From positions 16,211 to 74,326 of the forward strand of contig MQRK01216311.1 in assembly GCA_001938485.1 (NCBI GenBank): DNA of 58,116 bases. The letters are read 5' to 3'. Source of the stretch: Girardia tigrina (taxonomy: Eukaryota). Position numbers and translations under genes: made by a program. Positions 13,170 to 26,746 of the stretch are shown here, in pieces. The notes beneath the pieces were generated by a model that saw only the letters and a list, made by a program, of their open reading frames with translations, was not told the origin of the DNA and did no database searches. The number at the start of each line of letters is the position of its first letter. Position 1 is the stretch's first letter.

Positions 13170-13459
13170 GTTATTTTGAATTTTGATATTACAATTGATT
13201 TGTCAGAATAGATTTGAATATCAATTTTTCGAACTAATTTTGAATTTTGTATTCTTAATTTCGCTGAATCTGATATAAAAAAATTACGAACGAATTATTT
13301 CAATTAACTATTTAAAGATAAAAAATATTATTATTAGATGAGTAAGCATTTAATCTTTCACTACCACTCTATCACTACTACCGTCTGGTCTTCAAGTAAA
13401 CCTGGTGATTAGGCCGAAAATCCACTATTAGAAGCTTTATTCCATGTAAACCGACTAGC

Positions 13460-14452
13460 ATGTTCAATGTTTAGGTAATTAGTGTTCTACATCAATTTCA
13501 AGTGAGAAGTGTGCCAAGGTGCTTATATTGAAAGAAGAAGAACATACTGATAAAGCTATTGCGAACATTAGGGCATTCATTTCAAGTCTGTGTTTATATT
13601 CTCATGAGATATGCTTAAACAGGTTCTGTTCACGATCGACATCGTTCTGGCCGTCCTTGGAAATTGACTCCAAGGGATGACAAATTCATCAGAACAGCAG
13701 TTGTGGACCCATGGATCACATCATATAACATTCTGAAGGAATGTCCTTTTTTAAGATTCAGTGTGAAGACGATTCGCCGGCGTCTTTCAAAAGAATGCAA
13801 GTTGTCTGCACTAAAGCCTGTAGTCAAGCCACTGATGTCATTAAAAAATGTGAGAGCGAGGATTGCATTTTGCAAGAACTGGACTTTGGCAAAGTGAGAA
13901 AAAGTATTGTTTTCAGATGAATTCCCCTTTGCCATTTTTATGACCAGCTTTTTTTTTTCAGCTTTGGGAAAATGATCTTTGCACTTTATTCCAAATGGAA
14001 AAATGATGAATGCAGAGAAGTATCTCAGTATTCTGAAAACCAAACTAAAACTAAGCATGAGGCTCTTAAAATTCAACGTTTTTCAGCAGGATGGAGTACC
14101 CTGCCATTGTGCCAAGGTTTTCTTTTCATGACAGTCCAGACCTCAATCCTATCGAAAATTTATGGAATGTTTTGAAAAAAAGACTAATTCTCAGGCGTCC
14201 AAAAACCTTACTGAGCTGCAAAATGCAATCCAATCTGCGTGGCACTATGACATAAATGCCGACTTCTGCAAAATGCTTGTGCACTCCATGCCTAACAGCC
14301 TGAGATGGTTTTCAAAGTCAAAGGACAGTGTAGTAAGTACTGAGATGCACTTCTTCTTTGCATTTCTGTACATTGACTTTACTCTCTAACATGAGATTAT
14401 TCATGCTGATTTCAATTTTACTATAAGGGATAAAGACTTTTGACCACCACTG
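13460..14452 (+). mobile_element. Tc1-family transposon, internally deleted
   Basis: RSGRP.KLT..DD, VLFSDE and SPDLNPIENLW motifs. Right TIR (reverse complement CAGTGGTGGTCAAAAGT) followed by TA; left TIR not found. Confidence 0.8.
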
Positions 14453-15149
14453 TATGTGTAAAAGCAGCAAAAAGTTTTTTAATGTGTTTACAAAATTGTT
14501 GGTAGAGAATTTTGTTTAAATTTTTAAAAAAATTTGGTAACGCAATGAAATAAATTGTAAAGTTTGAATACTCAGAATTTAACATTTTCAGAATATAATT
14601 TTTTTTAATTATTGATAAAAATATTGACCGAATATATGAAATCAAAAAGATGCTTTATTTGGTTTATGATCTATTTGATGAAAATAAATTATTTTAATGG
14701 AATAAGATTGTTCATCATAGAAACAAAATCCCAGACGAGGCTGGGGTTTCTTTTGCACTCCACTTCATTTTATCATTTTTGAAAAATATATGACACTTAC
14801 GTTATGATTACCGAATATCTTCCAAAAAAAACTTTCCCGGTCTGAGAAAAATAGGTTTAAAAATGACTTAAAATTATATGTATTTTAAATTTATTTTATT
14901 TAATATATATTTTTTTAGCAAAATTATTAGTGAATAAATGATAAAAGTCATCATTTATCAAATAAAATAGTATTTTGTTGATAATTTCATAAAAATTTTC
15001 TCTAAAATCTATGTAGAAATCCTAAAATCAATGTTATATTATATAAAAAAATATATTATATGAAAAACTAATATATATTTTAATCTATTTTAATAACAAA
15101 ATAATAATTTGTCTTGTTTAAATGAACTAAGTGGGGGGTGCAAAAGAAA

Positions 15150-16800
15150 ACCCAGCCCTGTAAAAGGTGTCTGGGAGTGGTATGTTTAATGTGTCGTTTA
15201 AAAGGAAAAATGGATCGTTTTAGAGTGTTGTAGTTTGAGTAGGTATTTCGTTGTTGTGGTTGTTGTCGTCGATAAAAATTGCCGGTTTGATGTTGGACAA
15301 ATAAATGAATGTTTCTTTGCTGTTTTTGAGTATTTTTGCGTTATGTGAGAATAGTTGTAGGAATTTGAATGGACCGGTGCACGTTGTTGCTAGTCCTGAT
15401 GCATGTTGGTTTTTAAACCCAAGGTACTTCATGTTGTACGCAGATTTGGGCAGGTGTGGTTATAAGTTGTTTAATGCTCTAAAATAATGGTCGTTGTTGA
15501 TAGATTCGAAATATTGCCAGGTTTTCTGGATATCGGAGTCTGTTGGTGGTTTGTTCTGTTCGGTGAGTTCTGATATGAAACGGATTGGGTGGTCAAAACG
15601 GCTTGGGTTGAAGATGTGATCATGGCTAAGAAAGGCGTGTTGCGCCATCCCATGAGAATGAAAGGTAGTGTGTTGAACCAACCGGAAGTTTTTTTACTGC
15701 TCAGATCTGCAATGAAGTTGTTAGGGTGCGATGAAAGCGTTCTATGATGCCGTTTGATTGGGGGTGGTATGCTGAAGTGGGAATGTTGTTGGTGCTGAGG
15801 TGTTTCACTATTTCGTTGAAAAATCCGGTCTCGAACTGGCGTTCTTGGTCAGATATGAGGTGTGTAGGAGTGCCGAAGCCGCAGACCCATATAGCAAGGA
15901 AGGCTTTGGTGATGGTGTCGATATTGCGAAGGGGCACTGCCTCAGGCCATCGGATGGCTCTGTCTATCATCATCAATAGAAATTGGTAGCCTTAGTCTAC
16001 TGGTGGGGGCCTACCAGGTATATGTACACTGTCTCGAATCAGGAAGTGCTTGGGAAATGATGTAGTAGAGGTTTGAGCTTTCTATTGACTTTATATTTTT
16101 CGCATTGTGCAACCAATCGGTGCGCGTACCGGTGTATTGCTGGCCAGATCACGGGGATATGCTATAAATTGTATGTTTTTGATCTCCCAGACTTGTGTAG
16201 GTTGTGTTTATAATTAAAGGCTTATTTGCGCAGTGATTCAAGTAGTAATGGTGGCTGCGAGCCTGGGAGTTGCTAGGTTAGTGGTAATTTGTGTGAATTT
16301 TCTGAATTCGTTGAAGGATGGTGGGTTATCACGTAGTTTGCGTGGTGTGAAGATTGGTTGAAAGTCGATTGCTGCAATGGAGTGATTTAAGTAGTCGGCC
16401 ACGATGTTGCCTTTTCCGGGGATATGTGTGAAGGGGAAGTTGCACTAGAACAGGAAGGATATCTGTCGCTGTTGTCGTGGGGACGGGTCTTTCATTGAGA
16501 GAATGTAAATGTGGTCGGTTTTTATGCTGAAGTTGTGGCTGATCAGAAATGGTCTGAAATTCTTGATAGCGAGGAAAATTACCAGGAATTCGAGGTCGAA
16601 TACCGAGCAGTGTTGCTCTGTGGGTTTGAATTTGTAAGAAAAAGATTCTAGTTGTTCGGTTTTTCAGCGACGATTTGGTGTAGGACTGCGCCAGCGGCGA
16701 TGTTGGAAGCGTCTGTTGTGACTTCCAAAGTTGAGTTTTCGCGGGATATGAAAGGACTTTTATTTTTGACATAGTTGATTTGACGGCTTCAAAATCTTGT
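15150..16800 (-). mobile_element. Ty3/Gypsy pol relic (RNase H and integrase)
   Basis: IDRAIRWPEAVPL, FGTP..LISDQ, AYHPQSNGIIERFHRTL and GPF motifs; PGKGNIVADYL in a shifted frame. Confidence 0.85.
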
Positions 16801-17500
16801 TTAAGGGCATGATTAAAATTTGATACATAATTTAAACTTTTTTTTAAAAAAATATTTAAATTAAATTTTGATTTCAAGATGACTAATATAATTTAAAAAG
16901 AATATATTTTACAGTATATAATTTCTGGAAATAATAACTTTGAGCTATAATTAATTTTTTAATAATTTTTTAATTAATTTTTAATAAATGTTTTTCTATA
17001 TTTATAAATGAAGACTATTTTAAAATAAATTGAATCAATTTGAAATTAGAAAAGATTGAAAATATTTTGCAGAATTGTTTTTAATTTTAATGTGTATTAT
17101 TTTAGAATAAACATTAATCGATTTAGATATTATTTTTAAGTTTCAGTTTTGAGAAATTTAATCAGAATTTGATTGTTGAAGATAAATGTGGGCGAATTGA
17201 TTAATAGAAAAAGTAGAAAATTTGTTTGAAACAAAAATTATTAATTTTGCCTTAACAAAAATTTTTGACAATTGTGAATCCTAATTCAAATATCGTGGTT
17301 GATATCAACGAAACAAACATATCCCATTTATTTTAATGTTTTATTTAAAATAATTTTTTAATTGATTTGCATAATTTTCGAAAATTCAAAAAGATTTCTC
17401 TTGGCTTTTACAATCTCATTATTTAATTTTCCTTCAAACAATTCGCCTTTCTGCAGTTACTTTTAATTTTCATAAAATTGAGCGATATGAAATAAACAAT

Positions 17501-17503
<3 letters not shown>

Positions 17504-17546
<43 letters not shown>
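17504..17546. repeat. (AT)n microsatellite
   Basis: About 21 perfect dinucleotide units. Confidence 0.95.
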
Positions 17547-17548
<2 letters not shown>

Positions 17549-18091
17549 CCATCCTATTTTTTTTCTTCAGTAATTTCTCTGGTAACTTCTCTGTTGAGCA
17601 AAGAACAATGTAATCAGTTTTATTTCTTTCTAAATAATTAAGAATGAAATGACACGAAATCGACATCACTCTATTTTGCGGAATTATTCGTGATCTGGAC
17701 TCTTATCTTTCGTAAATAATTTAACAATATATTTTAGTAAATTAAAAGTCAATGCTCATATGATGACGGTTGTCATTTGAACTGGTATTTCGAAGCTTCC
17801 TCTAAATTTAAAAGTTTTTTCTTTCATACTTATTTTTGTGTTAAGTCAGATTTTTTTGTGAGAGCTACTTAAGTCCTTTTAGAGAAAATTTTCTTGAAAA
17901 AATGAATATGCTTAATCCTCCTATTATTGTTTGATTACTCTTTTGTCGCAATCAAAAATTGAATATCAGAACTATATCTTTCATACACATTTGTATTCCT
18001 TACATTGATTGATGAACTGTTGCAGACATACTGATATTGATCATTTAGCATAGAAATATAAAATGAATAATACGAACCTTCAATATAATTA

Positions 18092-18486
18092 CAGTAGAAG
18101 CTGCTTAATCGGACCACACCGGGATCTAATATTTTTGGTTAAATTTTGGTTCCATAATACGAAAATCGATTTTTTTAAAGTTAAAACTCAAAATTACTTG
18201 TTTTTGTAAAGTTACAGTACAAATACAACAATTATTACAGCATTGGACGCGTCTTCATCAGCTACATTAAGAGTAAATATTCATGTACAAAAATATTTTC
18301 ATTAGAAAAAAGACCCAAATAGATAAAAAAATCATATAATCGGACCATACATATTGCAGTGGTCCCATTAAGCAATTAAGGAACAATTATCCAAAATCAA
18401 AAACCCTGAATAACTCGAAATCGGCCTAAAAAATCCCAGTCATACTTCCTTTTGCAACAGGTGGTCCGATTAAGCGGATTCCACTA
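18092..18486. mobile_element. pogo/Tigger-type MITE
   Basis: TIRs CAGTAGAAGCTGCTTAATCGGACCA and TGGTCCGATTAAGCGGATTCCACTA; TA on the left side. Confidence 0.75.
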
Positions 18487-19437
18487 TGTTTCCGTAAATC
18501 AACCGAAATAAGTGTTTATGTTTAACGGTTAAACACTCCATGGGGTATTTTAGTACCCCATGGCATAATTAAAAGATGTTGTCACAATAACTGTTGCATC
18601 ATATAACTTGAAATTTAGTGACTTTTCATTAAAACATGTAGAAAACTCACTAAATGTCATGTTATATGATCCAACAGTTATTTTGGAAACATCTTTTAGA
18701 GAACATCATAAAGAAAGAGGACGAAGTAAGGAAATCAGAAAATCCGATATATTAAATGAAAACAATATATTGAGTCGTTACTAAGAAAAGAGAAATATTC
18801 TGAGATACAGTCAAAAAAGAAGAAACGCTCAAAAGATCCTCAGTTTTTTTAATGCGAATCTAAATTTTTCAGCTTTAAAAATTTCAGGGGTCGCAAATCC
18901 AATTAAGATTTTTTTTACATTAAAAATCAAAAAATTAAATTAAATATCACTTAAAAAAAACTCTTAATTGGTTGCGACTGCTGATGCGATTTAGTAAACA
19001 CTACAGGTTGTAAACAAAATCACGTGCTAGAAATACAAGGAACTAGGACATAGAACTTATGGATGTAGAAAAGAGTGGAAGATTACATGTTATGACTATG
19101 GGAATGAAGGCCATATTTGATTAGAATTCGAAAACGTCATATGGGGAAGATACAAAAAGGCCGGAACATAAAGCAGAATAATACTATATGAACTGAAATA
19201 GAGGATATAAGAACAGACCCATAAAAGAGGATGTACTTTAAAAGAAGGAATTAGACGAAAAACATAAACACAAAGAACAACAAAATCATCTGGAATTTAA
19301 ATGAATAGAGTAAAGGAATAGAAAAAGGCCATAACATAGCATTGATCTCACATAAAGATCAGAAATTTCGAGAAAAAACGAACTCTGTCAACCGATCTTG
19401 GTACTACAGTAAGTTTTTCTAAACCCAAACATAAGTA

Positions 19438-19670
19438 TTGGGTTGGCCAAAAAGTCATTGCTTTTTTTACTAAAATATTTATTATCAGAAAATTACATAG
19501 ATGTACAAATTTTTTTACACTTTCTTCCACCTTTCCGGTAGCTTCATTATTCCTGATTCATAAAAACCTTTGCCTTTGTGAGCAAAAAAGCCGTCTAGGA
19601 ACGATTTGATGTTTTTCTGTTTAAGGAATTCTGCAGGGATCTAAATAAGTGAAAATCTGATGGAGCCAAA
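19438..19670 (-). mobile_element. Mariner 3' end remnant
   Basis: TIR TTGGGTTGGCCAAAAAGTCATTGC; minus-strand FYESGIMKLPERWKK, the mariner C-terminal motif. Confidence 0.75.
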
Positions 19671-20088
19671 CTTGTTTAAATATTTATGTTATATAATCAT
19701 TATTGTAAAAGTGCAAGCTGGCCTATAAAAATTGTTTATAATTAGCCGTCAACTAGCCCTAATAATTTTTTAATTAATAAATAAAAAAATAATAACATTT
19801 TTTAGTAATAATAATTATATTAAAAATATAACTCAATTAGAAAGTGCAAAAATAGGGCAATAATCACGTAACGAGAAAACAATCAGCAAGGAAACGGAAT
19901 AAAAAGTACACGTTATTTTTATCCAGTAAAATATATTAACGAATGACTCGCTTGAGTTTATTCTTGAGTGTCTGTAGATCTTCAATTGCGATAATGAAAT
20001 AAATTCCAGTAAACACTCAACAAAATTTGATTCAACGGAGTGATAACTAAATAATATTATTAATAAAAAAATTTTTTTTATAAAAAAA

Positions 20089-20603
20089 ACCACGTTTTTC
20101 AAGCATTACAAATGCACTAAAAAGAGGAAAATAATTTTTTTTCTAGACATGTGAGAAATTTTATACCTAACCAAAAACGTGGGGCGGATTTCTGAATTAC
20201 TGCTATNNNNNNNNNNNNNNNNNNNNNNNNNNNNNNNNNNNNNNNNNNNNNNNNNNNNNNNNNNNNNNNNNNNNNNNNNNNNNNNNNNNNNNNNNNNNNN
20301 NNNNNNNNNNNNNNNNNNNNNNNNNNNNNNNNNNNNNNNNNNNNNNNNNNNNNNNNNNNNNNNNNNNNNNNNNNNNNNNNNNNNNNNNNNNNNNNNNNNN
20401 NNNNNNNNNNNNNNNNNNNNNNNNNNNNNNNNNNNNNNNNNNNNNNNNNNNNNNNNNNNNNNNNNNNNNNNNNNNNNNNNNNNNNNNCAAGCCTGTATAA
20501 AAAATTCAGCTCAATTGGATGACTGAAAGTGGTCGAAAAATCAATCGCAAGATTTGTTCCAGACAGACAGACAGACAAGAAACCAAGCTAAGAAAAACGT
20601 GGT
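20089..20603. mobile_element. Helentron/DINE-1-like non-autonomous element spanning an N-gap
   Basis: Inverted subterminal repeats ACCACGTTTTTC and GAAAAACGTGGT, an internal (GACA)n tract and T/A-rich flanks. Confidence 0.55.
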
Positions 20604-21088
20604 AATAAAAATGAGCTATGACTGTAAGAACTTGATCAAATTGATTGCTCGGATATTCAGAATAAAATGAGTTGGACAACAAAGAGATGGACAAAATAAT
20701 ACAGCCAAACCAACAAGCTGTATTTAAACATATTTAATAAGTTATTTTTATTTTTTTTAAATAAATCAATTTTATTTTTTATATAAATAATTTTTCTTAT
20801 AAATAATGAAAAGGGATCATCACAGATATTAAATAAAAGTTCCAAAAAAGTTTTCATCTGAGTTTTCAGCAGAACACAACCTCGAACAGCTCTAATAAAC
20901 AAAAGTTAATTTCGTAAAATCAATCAATAAATATGTCACCAAAAACTTCGGCTCCAAAAAATATTGGTCAAAATAAAAAAATACGTCACCAAATACGGCA
21001 CAAAAAAGCCCTGTACTCAATTTTTTTATATCTTATAAATACTTCTACACTAATAACTTATTAGTGTAGAAGTATTTATATTATAGTA

Positions 21089-21310
21089 TTAGGTTGGTCG
21101 AAACTGGAAACAGATCCCAGTACAACAATCAGAGAACTTGCAGATGGGTTGGGCATTAGTCATTCAACAGTCCTCGATCATTTAAAAAAACTTGGAAAAA
21201 TCAAGAAACTTGATAAATGGGTTCCACATGATTTGAATGAAAATCAAAAGAATCGACGCTTTGAAATTTGTTCTGCCAATCATCTTCGCAATAAAAACGA
21301 TCCATTTCTT
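21089..21310 (+). mobile_element. Internally deleted, truncated copy of the mariner at 21960
   Basis: A ~15-bp TIR start (TTAGGTTGGTCGAAA) is fused to ~200 bp of transposase sequence, of which the part after ~21140 is nearly identical to 22462-22632. Confidence 0.85.
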
Positions 21311-21959
21311 GAAAATTCTCAATAAACACATCTTTTGACTACCGCCTGGACACTGATCTAAAACAATTTGACCTAAATAACCCGATGAAGAATAATTCAA
21401 ACGAGAGACACTCCAAATAATTTGTTATTTAACTGCCAAAATGATCAACAAACAAAAAACAATATTTTAAAGTAACCTTCACCTATTATAGAATCTTTGA
21501 GATAGTTTATTGTAACTGAATATAAGAAACCGTTAAGTTTTTACGTTTCCTACATCAAGCGAGAATAAAAGAGGTGATTATGACACCTGATAACTGTAAA
21601 AAATAGCTTAATTCGTTTCTAGGGATGTGTTTTTTATTCGTCAAAGGTATTTCGATTCTCATTACGACTAGTAGTTCTGTGAATCACTGTTGAACAGGTA
21701 CCTAAAAAATTTCTCATACCTCACTAATAAATCTTTTAAAATTGATTTTGCCATAATATTTTTATGTTATGAATTGTGTTTCCTCCTATGATAGTGTTAA
21801 TAAATATGCTTTAATGTATGTTTTAAATTCACATTAAATTAATTTACATAAGACCTAATATTAAAAGTAAAACGGCATGTTTCAAAGAAGTCACCGTATA
21901 AATACGGGCTTAGTTAAATAATATTCGAACCGTTTTTATGTGAATATGATTTGAATATA

Positions 21960-23298
21960 TTAGGTTGGTCGAAAAATAATGGCGGTTTTTGAGCTTTATA
22001 CTTTGTTTATCTACTTTGATATGTATATAAGTTTAAATGCATTAGTGTTAGATATTATTTGAAATCTTNNNNNNNNNNNNNNNNNNNNNNNNNNNNNNNN
22101 NNNNNNNNNNNNNNNNNNATCTTATGCCTAGCTGTATATTCCTATAGCCATTATTAACATATTGCTGTTATTTTTTAGAATATTTACGGTGCTAAATTAA
22201 TAATGGAAAAAATTTAAATTCGAGCAATTTTCTTGTAAGAATTTAAACTGGGTCGTAAAGCAGCAGAAACGGCTCGCAATATCAATAAAGCGCTTGGCAA
22301 GGGAACAGCTTCTGAGCGCACAGTGCAACGATGGTTCCGAAAATTTTCTGATGGAGANNNNNNNNNNNNNNNNNNNNNNNNNNNNNNNNNNNNNNNNNNN
22401 NNNNNNNNNNNNNNNNNNNNNNNNNNNNNNNNNNNNNNNNNNNNNNNNNNNNNNNNNNNNNTGCAGATGGGTTGGGCATTAGTCATTCAACAGTCCTGGA
22501 TCATTTAAAACAACTTGGAAAAATCAAGAAACTTGACAAATGGGTTCCACATGATTTGAATGAAAATCAAAAGAACCGACACAATGAAATTTGTTCTGCC
22601 AATCATCTTCGCAATAAAAACGATCCATTTCTTGATCGTATTGTTACTTGTGATGAGAAATGGATCCTGTATGATAACCAACGTCGATCTGCACAGTGGT
22701 TGGACAAAGATGAAGTACCGAAACACTTTCCAAAACCGAAACTAACACCACGTAAGGTTATGGTGACAGTTTGGTGGTGTGATGCTGGAGTCATCCACTA
22801 TAGTTTCTTGAATCCAGGTGAAACTATCACAGCGGAGAGGTACTGTCATGAAATTGATGAAATGCATAAAAAATTGAAAACCCTTTGTCTGGGATTGGTC
22901 AATCGAAAAAGTCCCATCTTTCTTCATGATAACGCTAGATCTCATATTTCAAAAGTGACTCTTCAAAAGCTTAATGAGTTGGGCTATGAAACCCTGCTTC
23001 ATCCACCATATTCACCAGACCTCTCGCCAACGTACTTCTACTTTTTCATGCATTTGTACAACTTCCTACGTGAAAAAATTTTCATAAACCAAAATGATGC
23101 TCAAAATGCCTTCCAAGAACTCGTCACTTCGAGAACCGATGCATTTTATGCTGATGGAATAAAACAATTTGTTTCCCGTTGGCAAAAATGTATTAATGTC
23201 AACGGTTCATACTTTGATTAATAAACTTTTGTTTCTGTGAATTTGCACGTCTTTGAAGTTTGTGTCCCAAAACCGCCATTATTTTTCGACCAACCTAA
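21960..23298 (+). mobile_element. Full-length mariner element, inactive
   Basis: Perfect ~30-bp TIRs with TA TSD; WVPH, TCDEKW, HDNA and YSPDLSPTY motifs. The third catalytic Asp is replaced by Tyr and there is an early TAA after the ATG at 22203. Confidence 0.95.
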
Positions 23299-24854
23299 TA
23301 TATAATTTTTTTGTACGCAATCGTCTTTACTCTGTTGTGTCTTTTGCAATCGTCATGTACACATTTGTCTATAGGCAATTGTCCGGTGATCGTCATTAGT
23401 TTTTTTCTACCTTAATAAATAAACCTTGTTCTATCGAATTACCTTAATTACGAAAATGATTATTTTTCAACGTATATAAATATAAAGTAGTAATTTAGTG
23501 GGTTGAAACATTTTTTAAAAAATATTTTATACTGCATTTATAATTTATTCCTATAAAATATTTAAACTATAAAATTAACTAGATATTTGTGATTGTCTAC
23601 TTTTAGAAATCTGGAAATCATAACAAAATAATCGCAGCATGATCATGTCATTTCGAAATAGCAAAAAAACTAAAAGCTTGATTACAAAAATGGATACATC
23701 ATATTTTAAGTCTCTATTACGCTTGTATAAAATTTATGATTAATTTAAATGAGAAAAGAAGCCGGCCCTGCAGGGGTTCAAATGAATTGTCAGGATGACA
23801 AAACCGGATCAATGGCGAGCGATGGCCGAAAATGTTATAATATTAGCCAGATGCCCCCGCTAATAACAAATCTATATTATTTTTGACAAATATAATTCAT
23901 AAACTGATTGTTAACACATTTTAAGAGAGACTCAAAATAAACTTCTGTTTGTTTTTACAGACTGAAAGAAAATAAATATTTCCTTTTGAAAAGATTAAAT
24001 CCAACAGGAATTAAAAGAATATATATTTTAATATACGAAGAATCTTCAGGAAAACGAATGACTGAAGTGAGCGGATAATCTGAATAAATGAACATTTTCA
24101 ATTATAAAAATTTTAAATAACACTTGAATTCTTAAGTCTTACGATCTTCTTTTACGTCTCGAAAACGAATGTTTAATCGTCTCGACTACTTGAGACATTC
24201 TGTACCTTTACATTATACATCCAAGATGAAGAATTACGTACAATTATGTTCCTTATTTGTTGAAGTATTGTAGGATATTATAATAATTTGTTTTATTTAT
24301 ATTTATATTTATTTTAAACATTTATATTAACATTAAAAATCTTCATATATTCATATATATTATTGAGTCTTGTGAACGCTTATTTAATATATCTGAAATA
24401 GAAATTTTGTAAAGCTTTTTTAAGAAATCGATTATTGTTCATGTTTTCGACGTTCTTTTTTCCATCTTCAGTAATAATATTTGTTATTTATAATGTTACT
24501 TTTTCAAGAAGTTATCTTAAAAGGGATTTTTTTATTTTTTTATTTAATTTAATATTTTAATTGATAACAATTGCAAAATGTTTTAAACATTTTAATTAAA
24601 GATTTTAAGATTTGAAACGGCTCTACTTTGTCCATTTTGATTGTTTACTAATGGGTTGTAGTGTCGTATTAATAATGATTCACAGAACTGCCGCTGATAA
24701 TGTGAATCAAAGCCATTCTTAAAAACAGAAAACTAATCCTTTGAAATAGAAAAAAAACCAATGATTAAAAACCTGATCGATCGACTCAAATGTTCACTAA
24801 TCAGAGCTTTGAGATGCCAAATATGTCTCTCCATTATATGAGTCAATGGACTTA

Positions 24855-26746
24855 CAGTAACTTTTTGAGATAATCAATTTTTTTAATAATGATTTTTTTA
24901 ATAATGATTTTTTTTTAATAATGAGCCGCTACTGACTGTTTCAGTAGGAAATGCGGGAAATTTTCGACATAATGAATTTTGTGATAATGAACGAGCAAAA
25001 TTCTTAAAATTAAAAATTACTTTAGTAATTTTTAAGTAATCAATGATCATAAAGTAAATATTTATATATTACATTGCATTTCTTTAATTTATTTTGTTTT
25101 AATATTGTAAAATTTTGAACATTTTTTGAAAATTTTTTGACTTCTTTTACATTTAAATTCTTTTAGATCAAAAAATACCCATTGTAATTAACAGAAAACC
25201 AAAAAGAAGATATTCAATTGCAGAAAAACAGGCCGTTGCAAATTTAAAACTGAAAAATAAATTTGTAACGCAGGTATCTCTTGTCAATAAATTTAAGATG
25301 CCAACTGGAACGGTAATCGAAATTGTTAACAACCTGGAGAAGTATCAATCAGAGTATGAAAAGGAAATTGCAGGCAATAAAAGTATTGTTCGAATATAAA
25401 GACACGAAATATATCCGCATCTCTAAGATACGATATCAAGGAAGAGAAAGTTGAGCAACACAATAACAAACTTAATGTTGGAGGAGCTGGCATTAAAAAT
25501 TGCCAAAAAAATGGAAATGGAAAATTTTAAAGCTTCCAGCACATGGATATCGAAATTTAAAAGATCATATGGAATAAAAACACAATTTATTTTTGGTGCA
25601 GAAGGTTTGATAAACCCTTTGGTTTTATGTGAATCATCGACAGAATTCGAAAAAGTTTATAATAAATATGCTAATTGTGATGAAACAGGGTTGTTGTTTA
25701 AGTGTCCTCCAAAAAAGACACTTAATTTAAGAAGCGAAGAAAAGGATAGTGGAAAATTCTCTAAAGAAAGAGTAACACTTCGTTTTTGCACAAATGAAAC
25801 GGGTGAAAAAGAGTCCCAGCTATTAATAGGAAAATTTAAATCTCTCAGAGGATTTAAAAACCTCGAGTTTTCTAAGATGTGCTTAAAATATGAAAATAAC
25901 AAAACTTTTTGGATGACCTGTGAAATTTTTGACCGGTGGTTACATGATCTTAATGAAAAAATGAAAATCGAAAATTTTTACTATTGCTAGACAATACTTC
26001 AGTACACAATAAGGATAAGGTTTTCAGTAATATAGAGCTTTATTATCTTCCCATAAATAGTACTTCCAAGATACATCCCCTAGATCAAGGAATTATCAAA
26101 GCATTCAAAGCACATTACACAAAAAATTTTGCGAGAAATTTAACTATAGAAAATGAAAATGACACCATTACATATGAGGAAGCAATTAAAAGAACTCGTA
26201 TAGTTGATGTCCTTCCGCTCATAATAAATGCATGGAGCTCAATTAGCAAAGAAACCATAGCCAACTGTTTTAGACATGGATTTATTGATTGGAGAGGATA
26301 TACTAAAGATACAGTTCCTGTAAATAAAGTTAATAATATCCCTCCATCAGATACCAACATATATGTTTCTGAAATATTTGAATACAATGACTTTCCTACA
26401 TGGGCAGATTCTGATATTGATAACACAGCTTTTCTCGAATAGGTTGAATCTCTAAATAAATTTGTTGAACATGAAGAAACGTTAGAACAAGATGAGCCAG
26501 AGATCGGATATGCAGATGTTGTGTGTTGTTTAAAATAATTGGAAAGGTACTTTCTGGTGCATAATAACTCTGCACTCAAAAACTTGGATGATCTTAGAAA
26601 TCAATTACTAGATAGTAAAAAACATAGAACTTTAAAAATAAGGGATTTTTTTAAAAATGATAAATGTTGAAATCTTCATTATCTTTTTTTTAATGAGCGG
26701 GAATTTTTTAGGTCACCGTGGCGCTCATTATCTAAAAAAGTTACTG
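24855..26746 (+). mobile_element. pogo/Tigger transposon (CENP-B HTH plus DDE), pseudogenised
   Basis: TA-flanked TIRs CAGTAACTTTTT.AGATAAT; motifs FKAS.TWI.KFK, NCDETGL, LDN..VH and PLDQGIIKAFKAHY. Confidence 0.92.

Noticed and set aside
19040-19330. Possible gag zinc-knuckle relic (CYDYGNEGH...)
   Set aside because: Too decayed to assign.
20117-20578. ORFs made mostly of X (also at 22.2-22.5, 27.0-27.4 and 55.0-55.2 kb)
   Set aside because: Artefacts of N-gaps. The frame change across the 55-kb gap probably reflects gap-size error rather than a frameshift.
21894-21913. CCGTAT-AA-ATACGG hairpin followed by CTTAGT, as a possible Helitron end
   Set aside because: Short stem, non-canonical terminus and no second copy to define it.
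22472-23221. 249-aa mariner ORF as an active transposase or SETMAR-like gene
   Set aside because: Third catalytic Asp is lost, there is an upstream in-frame stop, no SET domain is present and the TIRs are intact.
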